DNA of 64,000 nucleotides from NCBI GenBank assembly GCA_030619985.1, contig JAUXAI010000002.1, positions 167-64,166 of the forward strand, given 5' to 3'. The notes beneath the pieces are model-generated. The model did no database searches. It was not told the DNA's origin and saw only the letters and a program-made list of their open reading frames with translations. Positions 1 to 8,333 of the stretch are shown in pieces. The translations under genes and the position numbers were made by a program. This stretch comes from a bacterium. GTDB taxonomy: Bacteria > UBP18 > UBA7526. The first letter of the stretch is position 1; each line of letters opens with the position of its first letter.

Positions 1-960
1 CTCACCCACATGATCGCTACGACCTTGGGTTTAAAAGAGGATTATGATGACTTTCTATGCTTCATTGGGCTGAAGGGAGACTTTGCCATCGATCCGGCAA
101 CAGGAGAGGTGAGTAAATTCGCCCAATCCTTCTATGAGACATATGAGAAGAACTTCAAGAATCTGCTCACCCCCCTGAAGTCCCGACCCACCATGTTCGA
201 TATTACCCAGAGGGAGAAGACCTCTCTTCTTTCCCGGATCACAGAACTCATCCATGGGACCTGTGGCGGGGGCTTCCAGTACTTCTATAACGATAGGGCG
301 AAGTCTTTGAAGGGAGTGGACCAGGTAGACCTTCTCTTCACCTCTTTGTCCAAGTATGGAAGAAGAAACCCTAAGATATCGAATCTAAAGAGGCTCGATC
401 ACTTCTTAGGAGAGATTCCCTATCGCTGGGTCATCCAGCAACTATACAAATATTATTTAAGGGATTGGGAGAGCGCTAGCCACCTCTTAGATTCCACCAT
501 CTCCATAGGGAAGATGGGTCGGGTGGCCATCCAGCTCTTCATTGGAGAGAATGTTCCCTTGCTGCCCATGGTGGGCTCGGTGAAGCTCCATGATCTCACT
601 AAGGAATCGAGTGAGAAGCATGTCCTCTTAGTCATGGTCAATAAGGAGCCTGATGGAGGAACCCACTTCTCCCTTCGTGCCACCTCGGATAGGATACACT
701 GTGGTAAAATCTGCCATACCCTGGCCAGTAGGCTGGTGAGGAAGTATGGCTTTCCAGACTTGATTACTGGAGGAGGCCATAGCCGGGCGGCAGAATGCAA
801 TACCCGGACAGCACCCGTTCCTACCCCCGCCGCCATACTGGCCTTCTTCAGATTATATGAACAGTTAAGAGACCTCTCCTTAAGGGCAGACAAGAATGGA
901 CTTAGGAAGAGGGAGAGAGAGATCGCTATAGATCTGGGCCTGGATTATCTCAAGAGTTAA
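1..960 (+). CDS. 5'-truncated ORF (open to window start); hypothetical protein with DHHA1-like GGGH motif
   Basis: The frame of ORF 10..960 stays open back to base 1. 'ITGGGHSRAAE' resembles the GGGH motif of DHH/DHHA1 phosphoesterases. Nothing else was recognised. Confidence 0.35.
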   Translation, partial: LTHMIATTLGLKEDYDDFLCFIGLKGDFAIDPATGEVSKFAQSFYETYEKNFKNLLTPLKSRPTMFDITQREKTSLLSRITELIHGTCGGGFQYFYNDRAKSLKGVDQVDLLFTSLSKYGRRNPKISNLKRLDHFLGEIPYRWVIQQLYKYYLRDWESASHLLDSTISIGKMGRVAIQLFIGENVPLLPMVGSVKLHDLTKESSEKHVLLVMVNKEPDGGTHFSLRATSDRIHCGKICHTLASRLVRKYGFPDLITGGGHSRAAECNTRTAPVPTPAAILAFFRLYEQLRDLSLRADKNGLRKREREIAIDLGLDYLKS

Positions 961-972
961 ACAGAGGAAGAG

Positions 973-1444
973 ATGAGATCATTTTCAAAGATTATCTTGA
1001 TAGTGGTTTTGGGTTGTCTTATCACCTCATCATCGTTCGCCAAAAGAAAGGTAAAGGAGGCTGTGGTAAAGATCTACACAGTATATAATGAACATGATTA
1101 CTATGATCCCTGGCAGATGTCGGGTCAATTACTACTATGAGGGGGAACCAACAGAGGAACGAAGAGAGGTGATTGTACTGGCGAAGGTCCTGGCTGATGA
1201 AGTCAATGTGGGCTATCACAACTGGAGGTATAATGTGATCTCTTATGTCAATGGTAAGAAGATTTCTACTATGAAGGACCTGGTAAGGGCTTTTGAGGAT
1301 TATGAAGGAAGATACCACACCATGGTAGATGAACGGGGCTATGAAATAGTCTTGGAGAGAGACAAAGTCCAGGAAGCCAACCAGAGAATCTTAAAGAAGT
1401 ATAAGATTAATTCTGATCGCTCGGAAAACTTGAGGAGTTTCTGA
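973..1444 (+). pseudogene. Remnant of a Deg2/Deg9-like S1C serine protease; the N-terminal and C-terminal pieces are in different frames and the catalytic core is missing
   Basis: ATG 973 encodes a signal-like MRSFSKIILIVVLGCLITSSSFA followed by VVKIYTVYNEHDYYDPWQ (typical start of this protease family), then stops at 1138-1140. The overlapping ORF 1088..1444 encodes only the C-terminal PDZ-like tail (VLAKVLADEVNVGY...ILKKYKINSDRS). About 350 codons of trypsin-like core are absent. Confidence 0.55.
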
Positions 1445-1445
1445 T

Positions 1446-2306
1446 ATGGAGAAGATTAAGATTGGGGTGATTGGGGGAACGGGATTATATGATATCAAGG
1501 GCTTAGAGGATATAAAAGAGGTGAAGCCCTCTACTCCTTTCGGTGAGCCCTCAGATAATATAATCACTGGTACTTTGGAAGGGAAGAGGGTGGCCTTTCT
1601 CCCTCGCCATGCCAGGGGGCACAGGATCATGCCTACGGAACTAAATAATAAGGCCAACATTTATGCCTTGAAATCTCTTGGGGTAGAATGGATCATTGCT
1701 TTTTCTGCTGTGGGAAGCATGAAGGAGGAGATTAGGCCCCAGGACTTCTTCATCCCCGATCAACTATTCGATAGGACGAAGACCAGGGTCCCTACCTTCT
1801 TTGGGGATGGGATTGTAGCCCATATCTCCTTCGCCGACCCCTACTGTCCGACCTTGAGCAAGATACTATATGAGAGAGGCAAGGACCTGGGATACCGGAT
1901 ACATAAGGGCGGGACCTATCTCTGTATCGAAGGGCCAGCCTTCTCTACCCGAGCAGAGTCCAGGATATATCGCAGTTGGGGGGTGGAGGTCATTGGGATG
2001 ACCAACCTCCCAGAGGTAAAGCTTGCCCGGGAGGCAGAGATCTGCTATACCACCGTGGCTCTGGTTACGGACTATGACGTGTGGCACGTAACAGAAGAGG
2101 TGAGCGTTGAGACCGTGATGAAGAATTTAGAGGCAAATACCTTAAAAGCAAAGGAACTGGTAAAGGCGGTCATTCCCAAAATACCAGATAAGAGGGAATG
2201 TTCCTGTGCCACTGCCTTAGCCAATGTCATTATTACCCAGAAAGATGCCATACCAGAGAAGAGGAAGAAGGAACTGAATTTACTTATTGGGAAATACTTC
2301 AAGTGA
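1446..2306 (+). CDS. mtnP: S-methyl-5'-thioadenosine phosphorylase (MTAP, PNP family 2)
   Basis: GVIGGTGLY, FLPRHARGH, EGPAFSTRAES and GMTNLPEVKLAREAEICY are collinear with MTAP. Confidence 0.85.
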   Translation: MEKIKIGVIGGTGLYDIKGLEDIKEVKPSTPFGEPSDNIITGTLEGKRVAFLPRHARGHRIMPTELNNKANIYALKSLGVEWIIAFSAVGSMKEEIRPQDFFIPDQLFDRTKTRVPTFFGDGIVAHISFADPYCPTLSKILYERGKDLGYRIHKGGTYLCIEGPAFSTRAESRIYRSWGVEVIGMTNLPEVKLAREAEICYTTVALVTDYDVWHVTEEVSVETVMKNLEANTLKAKELVKAVIPKIPDKRECSCATALANVIITQKDAIPEKRKKELNLLIGKYFK

Positions 2307-2310
2307 GAAG

Positions 2311-2369
2311 TTTACAGTAACCAGCGAACAGTAACCAGTATTTTTACTGTAAACTGGTTACTGGTTACT
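2311..2369. repeat. Word-repeat inverted repeat (putative terminator hairpin), CAGTAAC family
   Basis: Left arm tttacagtaaccagcgaacagtaaccagta, right arm tactgtaaactggttactggttac. Confidence 0.8.
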
Positions 2370-2392
2370 TCCCAAAAAACAAGGGGGGAGAG

Positions 2393-3370
2393 ATGGTTAG
2401 GATTGGAAGGAACTTTACTAATCTATTGGAATTGGATTATGTAAGCGAGAAAGATAGAGAGAGATTTAAGAGAGGTGAGATAGATGTCCCGGATTTGGAT
2501 GCCCTGGCTCAGATAAAGTTCAAGAGGGATATTCCTAAACAAATAGAAGTAGCAAAAGAAATCGGCCTGGACCATATAGAACTTGATGGCGGGGTGCCCA
2601 ATCCCTTCTTGGAGATGAGGGAGGAAGAGATGGTAAGAGCAAGGCAAGCGGCAAAGGAGTGCGAGATCACTATCTCTTTACATCTCCCCTATACTTATGT
2701 GGGAGCAAGCACCTGTGCTTTCCAGGAGGTGGACCGGGAATTGGCGGTTACCTTACAGAAGAGATACTTAAAGTTTGCTGAAGGAGTGGGGGCAATCAAT
2801 GCCATCATGCATCCGGGGACCGTTCCCTTCTATCAGGCCGGCCCCCAGTATCAAGAGGATTTGAAGAAGAGCCTCATTAAGAGTCTGGTAGAATTGGCAA
2901 AGACCTCTAAAGAGTTGGAAATCTCCTTTCATGTTGAGAATAATACCACCTTTGATATCGTCTTCGTAGAGCCAGAGGAGATCTATCCAGTAATTGAGGA
3001 AGTGAAGAAGAAGGGGTTGGAGATTTATTACTGCTTTGACATTGGCCACTGGTTCACCAGGGCAGATGGAACTCCACCCAAGGAGATTCCAGATCCTCCA
3101 GAGAGTATTATGGAGAAGATTCCCGCGGAACTCCTAAAAGAGATCCATCTCAATGACTATATCCCCAAGATCAAGAAGTTCCACCCTCCCCTACATTACC
3201 AGAAGGGTCCCCTGAAGAGGAAGAACTTAGAGAGATTTGCTGAAATTGTAAAGGAAAAGGGGGTGGAACTGGTTGTTGTTGAGACTGCGGTGAGGGATCC
3301 TGAAGAACTGTTAAATGCTCATAAGCTTCTCCGAGATGAGACAGACTATCTAAATAGTATTTTTAAATAG
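2393..3370 (+). CDS. Xylose-isomerase-like TIM-barrel (sugar phosphate isomerase/epimerase-like) protein, paralog A
   Basis: HIELDG, IMHPG, HVENN, FDIGHWFTRAD and HLNDY blocks are present. It is clearly paralogous to 62354..63349, sharing GRNFTN, FDIGHWFTRAD and GPLKRKNLE. Confidence 0.5.
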   Translation: MVRIGRNFTNLLELDYVSEKDRERFKRGEIDVPDLDALAQIKFKRDIPKQIEVAKEIGLDHIELDGGVPNPFLEMREEEMVRARQAAKECEITISLHLPYTYVGASTCAFQEVDRELAVTLQKRYLKFAEGVGAINAIMHPGTVPFYQAGPQYQEDLKKSLIKSLVELAKTSKELEISFHVENNTTFDIVFVEPEEIYPVIEEVKKKGLEIYYCFDIGHWFTRADGTPPKEIPDPPESIMEKIPAELLKEIHLNDYIPKIKKFHPPLHYQKGPLKRKNLERFAEIVKEKGVELVVVETAVRDPEELLNAHKLLRDETDYLNSIFK

Positions 3371-3380
3371 CATAGAAGAA

Positions 3381-3578
3381 AGTAACCAGCAACTAGCGAA
3401 CAGTAACCAGTGAAACTATAGATTATCAGAACATCAGAGTATCAGAATGAGAATTCAGAATACCAGATTTAATTTTTCCAATCTGACCTTCTGGTATCTG
3501 TCCTTCTCCATCTGATGATCTGGTTATCTGATACTCTTCTACTTTTTCGCTGTTAACTGTAAACTGGTTACTGTAAAC
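3381..3578. repeat. Nested word-repeat inverted repeats (CAGTAAC outer, ATCAGAA/TCTGAT inner)
   Basis: agtaaccagc..cagtaaccagtg | ttatcagaacatcagagtatcagaa..cagaataccagat || atctgacc..ctggtatctg..atctgatgatctggttatctgatac | ctgttaactgtaaactggttactgtaaac. Confidence 0.75.
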
Positions 3579-3626
3579 TCCCGAACGGAGCCCTGAACCA
3601 TACGGTTCAGGGCGGAGTGAAGGTTA

Positions 3627-4274
3627 ATGGTTAAGAAGGAGTGCAGGAATATATTCATTTTGGGCAGGCCGGGATGTGGAAAGAGCGAGCTATATAGAAG
3701 GCTCACCCCGAGATTGAAGGAGGAGGGGTTTGCCCAAGAATTTGTCAGGGTAGATGACTTCCCAAAACTCTGGAATGTCTTTGTCAACGATAAGAATTTT
3801 AGGAGATGTAAACCGACAGAGGATGGGGGATATAAAGTCACCGATCCCAAGGTCTGGGATGACATCCTGAAAGAGGTGAATAGGGACGTCAAGAAACTGG
3901 ATAAGGCGGGAAGGATTATCTTCATTGAGTTCTCCCGTTCAAACTATGTCCATTCCCTGAAAAACTTTGATAAGGGAATCCTGAATAAATCTCTTATTGT
4001 CTATATTGACTGTTCCTTTGAGACCTGCTGGAAGAGAAATGTGAGAAGGCATGAGACGGTCCTGGCTGCAGGAGTAGATAACCATCTGGTACCACGTGAG
4101 GAGATGGAAGAGACCTATCTTCACGATGATAAAGATGAATTGCTAAGATTTGGAGAAGAATCAAAGATACCCATAGTAGTGGTCAATACCGATTATGAGG
4201 GAAAGGCCCACTATAAGGGAATAGTAGAAAGGATCACGAAAGCAATAAAAAACTTTAAACGCAAACACGGATGA
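3627..4274 (+). CDS. P-loop NTPase / small kinase-like protein
   Basis: Walker A GRPGCGKSE lies near the N-terminus of a 215-aa protein. The specific family was not recognised. The C-terminal KRKHG is encoded by a repeat. Confidence 0.4.
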   Translation: MVKKECRNIFILGRPGCGKSELYRRLTPRLKEEGFAQEFVRVDDFPKLWNVFVNDKNFRRCKPTEDGGYKVTDPKVWDDILKEVNRDVKKLDKAGRIIFIEFSRSNYVHSLKNFDKGILNKSLIVYIDCSFETCWKRNVRRHETVLAAGVDNHLVPREEMEETYLHDDKDELLRFGEESKIPIVVVNTDYEGKAHYKGIVERITKAIKNFKRKHG

Positions 4275-4381
4275 ACACGGATAACAACACAGATTAGCAC
4301 AGATTTAATCCGTGACAATCCGCGGTGTTTTTGCCCAAGCAGTAAGCAATACAAAAAATCCGTGTCAGAAGGAGGGAAGAG
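4257..4381 (+). repeat. ~120-nt direct repeat, copy 1 (CACGGAT/CACAGAT words plus ATCCGTG arm plus leader)
   Basis: About 90% identical by eye to 4805-4927. Starts in the last codons (KRKHG) of the upstream CDS and ends at the next start codon. Confidence 0.8.
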
Positions 4382-4822
4382 ATGACCTTTCAGGAATCGG
4401 ATTACCCTGGTCTAAAGAGGGAGATGGTAAATCTCATTCATAAGTATAAGAACCCAGCCCTGGTGGTTGAGGTATTGAAGGAGATCTGGGAGACCCATAA
4501 GCAGATCCCCATCTATCCTGGAATAATCTCCATGTGTCTGCCCAGTATGGTGAAAGAGAAGAAGATAGGGGAACTCAAGAAGGGAGAGAGGGTACTCATT
4601 AAGACGGGGACTTTAGAGATATTGGGTACTGTTAAATTAAAAAAGAAGGATAGGATTGTTTTAGAGAATTCAGAAGTATTGAAACGCCCCAAGAGTAGGG
4701 AAGTAAAGAATGAGGAAGTGAAGAAGGTTCTGAGTTTGGAGAGGGGGGTCCTGGAAAAGATATGGCCCACTTTAGTATTCAAAGACGCAGATGACCGCAG
4801 ATCAAAACGCAAACACGGATGA
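4382..4822 (+). CDS. Hypothetical protein
   Basis: 146-aa ORF with an RBS (ggagggaagag) and no recognised motif. The last ~12 codons (DADDRRSKRKHG) are encoded by CGCAGAT/CACGGAT word repeats. The ORF is bracketed by ~120-nt direct repeats. Confidence 0.4.
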   Translation: MTFQESDYPGLKREMVNLIHKYKNPALVVEVLKEIWETHKQIPIYPGIISMCLPSMVKEKKIGELKKGERVLIKTGTLEILGTVKLKKKDRIVLENSEVLKRPKSREVKNEEVKKVLSLERGVLEKIWPTLVFKDADDRRSKRKHG

Positions 4823-4927
4823 GCACAGATACAACACAGATTAACACAGATAAATCCGTGACAATCCGCGGTGTTTTTTGCCCAAGCAGTACGCAATACA
4901 AAAAATCCGTGTCAAAAGGAGAAAAGA
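4805..4927 (+). repeat. ~120-nt direct repeat, copy 2
   Basis: See 4257-4381. The two copies bracket ORF 4382..4822. Confidence 0.8.
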
Positions 4928-6169
4928 ATGGAGTATAAAGTAAAGAAAGGCGATATCTATATCCTGAAAGGGCCGGGAAAGGTGAGAGTAAAGAGGGGAA
5001 GAATGGAAGCGGTGGGAAAGAGTGTTGAAGAAAATGAAGAGGTCTTTATTCCTCCGGGCAAGACCATTCCCTTAGAGGCCGAAGAAAAATCCACTCTTTC
5101 TATAGAAGTAAAGAGGCCCGGCGAGATAAGGAAAATTAAAGAGAGAACCATCCCTTCCTCCTGGGATGATCTTATCTCCCGCATTGTAAAAGAAAAAGCC
5201 AGGACAATTCTCGTTTTAGGAGAGGTGGATACGGGAAAGACCTTCTTCGCTACCTATTTAGCGAATAAACTCCTGGAGAAGGGAGTAAGGCCGGCGGTCC
5301 TGGATGGTGACCCGGGCCAGAGCGACATCGGTATCCCAGGGACTTTGGGATTGGCGGTTCTAAAGAAGCAGGTGGTCTTTTTAACTCAAGCCAAGATATC
5401 TGCCCTCTACTTCGTGGGCTCCCATTCCCCGGGGCTGCACTTTTTACCCACTATTGTGGGAACCAAGAGATTGGCAGAGGCTGGTCTGAAGAAAGCGAAT
5501 ACCGTCATTGTCAATACCACGGGTTGGGTACAGAGCGATGGAGGGAGAGCGCTCAAGAGATCAAAGATTGAGATTCTCTCTCCAGAGATCATCGTTCTTT
5601 TGCAGAGGAAGGATGAGTTAGAGCATCTGGTTAAGAGTTACGATCCCAAAAAGATTGTCCGAATCCATGTCTCAAAGAAGGCCTCCTTTACCAGTGAGAA
5701 GGAGAGGAAGAAGCTGAGGGAACTGCCCAGCACAAGGTATTTTAAAGGGGCCAGGAAGATTAGACTTCCCCTGGAGAGAATAGCAACTGATAGATGCTAT
5801 TTCGGGACAGGAAGAGAGATGAAAATTCCCGGGACTCTTTATGCCGAGAGACTATCTGGCTTTGAAGGAACATTGGTTGTTACCCAAAAGCCTCTTCCTC
5901 AAGAGAGATTGAATGAGCTGGGTAAAGAATTGGGAAATATCAGAAACATCGTTGCTGGCGAGGAGAAGGGAATACTGGTCGGCCTCTTGGATGAAAAAGG
6001 CGATACCTTAGGAATGGGGAGGATAGAAGAGATCGATTATAAGAAAAAAGGAATCTTTTTAACTACCCCGGTTAAAGATGGAGGGAGAATAAGGATCATC
6101 CAGTTTGGCTCCTTAAGGATTACTCCCGAGGGAAAAGAAGCGGGCTTTATCTCCCCTGGTTACTTCTAA
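4928..6169 (+). CDS. Clp1/Grc3-family polynucleotide 5'-hydroxyl kinase-like protein
   Basis: Start moved to ATG 4928 (RBS aaaggag). GEVDTGKTF (P-loop), LDGDPGQS and NTTGW occur in the order typical of Clp1-type kinases, after an N-terminal beta-rich domain. Confidence 0.65.
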   Translation: MEYKVKKGDIYILKGPGKVRVKRGRMEAVGKSVEENEEVFIPPGKTIPLEAEEKSTLSIEVKRPGEIRKIKERTIPSSWDDLISRIVKEKARTILVLGEVDTGKTFFATYLANKLLEKGVRPAVLDGDPGQSDIGIPGTLGLAVLKKQVVFLTQAKISALYFVGSHSPGLHFLPTIVGTKRLAEAGLKKANTVIVNTTGWVQSDGGRALKRSKIEILSPEIIVLLQRKDELEHLVKSYDPKKIVRIHVSKKASFTSEKERKKLRELPSTRYFKGARKIRLPLERIATDRCYFGTGREMKIPGTLYAERLSGFEGTLVVTQKPLPQERLNELGKELGNIRNIVAGEEKGILVGLLDEKGDTLGMGRIEEIDYKKKGIFLTTPVKDGGRIRIIQFGSLRITPEGKEAGFISPGYF

Positions 6170-6170
6170 A

Positions 6171-7952
6171 ATGGGGAGGAGAATGAAGATCAGTCTGGCA
6201 GGAAAGATTGCTGGATTTGTGATCTTGATCATTGTGATCATCATGTCCTTAGTGGCTGGTATCACTCTCAAAAGGGAGGAGAGGACAGCCACTGACCAGA
6301 TGATCAAGAGGGCAAAGGATATTACCAATGCCCTGGCCACAACCTCCATCACTACCATCCTAGCCAATGATTACATCACCCTGGCCCAGATAGTAGAGGG
6401 AATAGATAAGAAGGGTGAGGATATCGATTATGTCATCATTCTGAATGATATCTACCAAGTCATGGCTCATACAGATGAGAGCCTGGTGGGTAAGACCTTG
6501 AGTGATCCAATAAGTATCGAGGCCCAGAGGGCCAGGACAACCCTCTTACAGATTACCCCAGAGGAGAGGTATGATGTCGCCGTGCCCATCCTCTCCCAGG
6601 GAAGGAGGATCGGCCTGGTTCGGGTAGGCTTTTCATCTCTACCCTTAAAAGCAAGGATTGCTGAGACCCGAGATCGCATCTTTCTTCTGACCATTGGCCT
6701 GCTCATCCTGGGGATTATCATCTCCTTGCTCCTAGCAGCCACCATCACCCGACCGATAAATAGGTTAGTTCAAGCTGCCAAGAAAATCGGCAAGGGAGAT
6801 CTGGGAGCTAGGGTGAGGATTGCCTCTCGAGATGAGGTGGGAGAGTTGGGAGAGGTATTTAATGAGATGTCGAAGCGGCTCTCCGGAAGCTTTCGATCGC
6901 TTGAGGAGAAGAGCACTCTCCTATCCAGAGCAAAGGAGGAGCTTAACCAGAGGGTCCTGGATCTCCAGATGCTCCAAAGACTCTCTACAAAGATAAGTTC
7001 CAACCTGGAGAAAGAAGATCTCTTGAGGCTCATCGTAGAGCTGTTCATGGAGGTGGCTCAGGTGGAGAAAGGATCTCTCATGCTCTGGGACGAGAAGAAG
7101 AAGAGGCTTTCCATCGCTTACGGTATTGGAATAAGTGAGGAGGCCAAAAAGCGTCTGAGCCTAAAGAGGGGAGAAGGGATTGCTGGTAGCGTATTTGAGA
7201 AGAAGAAGTCCATGGTAATCAATGACACCTTAAGGGATCGGCGCTATAAGCCTCTGGAGACAGAGAAGAAATTACATAGGACAGAGACTTTACTTGCTCT
7301 TCCCCTGGTGGCCAAGGGAGAGGGGGTAGGAGTGATTACCCTCTCCAATAAGGTCTCCCGCCAGCCATTCATTAGAAGGGATGAGGAGCTCTTGTCTACC
7401 TTAGCAAGCCATGCTGCGGTAGCCATCCAGAACGCTATGTTATATGAGCAAGCGATTCACGATGGATTGACCGGCCTCTACGCCCATACCTTCTTCCAGA
7501 ATTACCTGAAGCAGGAGATGAGGAAGGCCAAGCGCTATGAGACCTCGTTATCCTTGCTCATGTTAGACGTCGATCACTTCAAGAGATTCAACGATACCTA
7601 TGGTCATCCGGCTGGGGATACGGTTTTAGTGAATATCGCCCATCTCTTAGAGCAAGCCATAAGGGGAGTGGATATCGCTGCCCGCTACGGAGGAGAGGAA
7701 TTCGCCCTTATCCTGCCTGAGACGGATGCCAAGGGAGCCTATCTCTTAGCAGAGCGCCTGCGGAAGAAGGTCCAGACATTTGACTTTCTGAAAGGAAAGA
7801 AGAAGAGAGTCAAGATTACGATGAGTATTGGGGTGGCCAGTTATAAGAAGGGTATGCGTAAGGAAGTACTGATCGGCCAGGCAGACCAGGCTCTCTATCG
7901 CGCTAAAAGAGAAGGAAGGAATAGGGTCTGCATATATAAAAGTAACCAGTAA
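6171..7952 (+). CDS. Membrane-anchored HAMP-GAF-GGDEF diguanylate cyclase
   Basis: Two TM segments flank a periplasmic-like domain, followed by a HAMP-like linker and a GAF-like region. The GGDEF domain has DVDHFKRFNDTYGH and RYGGEEF. The stop codon lies inside the CAGTAAC word repeat. Confidence 0.85.
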   Translation: MGRRMKISLAGKIAGFVILIIVIIMSLVAGITLKREERTATDQMIKRAKDITNALATTSITTILANDYITLAQIVEGIDKKGEDIDYVIILNDIYQVMAHTDESLVGKTLSDPISIEAQRARTTLLQITPEERYDVAVPILSQGRRIGLVRVGFSSLPLKARIAETRDRIFLLTIGLLILGIIISLLLAATITRPINRLVQAAKKIGKGDLGARVRIASRDEVGELGEVFNEMSKRLSGSFRSLEEKSTLLSRAKEELNQRVLDLQMLQRLSTKISSNLEKEDLLRLIVELFMEVAQVEKGSLMLWDEKKKRLSIAYGIGISEEAKKRLSLKRGEGIAGSVFEKKKSMVINDTLRDRRYKPLETEKKLHRTETLLALPLVAKGEGVGVITLSNKVSRQPFIRRDEELLSTLASHAAVAIQNAMLYEQAIHDGLTGLYAHTFFQNYLKQEMRKAKRYETSLSLLMLDVDHFKRFNDTYGHPAGDTVLVNIAHLLEQAIRGVDIAARYGGEEFALILPETDAKGAYLLAERLRKKVQTFDFLKGKKKRVKITMSIGVASYKKGMRKEVLIGQADQALYRAKREGRNRVCIYKSNQ

Positions 7953-8024
7953 CCAGTGAACAGTAACCAGTGAACAATTGTTACTTATTCATTGTAAATT
8001 GTAAATTTCCCGACGAAGTCGGGG
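7941..8024. repeat. Word-repeat inverted repeat plus small cccgac/gtcggg hairpin upstream of the BMC-H gene
   Basis: agtaaccagtaaccagtgaacagtaaccagtgaac / ttgttacttattcattgtaaattgtaaattt, then tcccgacgaagtcgggg. Confidence 0.7.
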
Positions 8025-8042
8025 TAAGAGGAGGTGAAGAAA

Positions 8043-8333
8043 ATGGAAGAAACAAAAGAAGCGTTGGGGATGATTGAGACCAAGGGACTGGTAACCCTTA
8101 TCGAGGCTACGGATGCCATGATCAAGGCGGCCAAGGTGAGACTGGTTGGCTATGAGAAGATCGGTGCAGGCTATGTCACCACCTTAGTGAGAGGCGACGT
8201 TGCCGCCTGTAAGGCAGCCTGCGATGCTGGTGCCAGTGCTGCCCAGAAGGTGGGGGAACTGATAAGCGTTCATGTCATTCCCAGGCCTCATCCGGACCTG
8301 GAAGGGGTAATGCCTATCACTCCCGGTAAATAG
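8043..8333 (+). CDS. BMC-H shell protein (PduA/EutM-like hexamer)
   Basis: [11 protein letters not shown]...AMIKAAKV...[17 protein letters not shown]...VHVIPRPH is a canonical Pfam00936-type sequence. Start set to ATG 8043 after gaggagg. Confidence 0.9.
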   Translation: MEETKEALGMIETKGLVTLIEATDAMIKAAKVRLVGYEKIGAGYVTTLVRGDVAACKAACDAGASAAQKVGELISVHVIPRPHPDLEGVMPITPGK

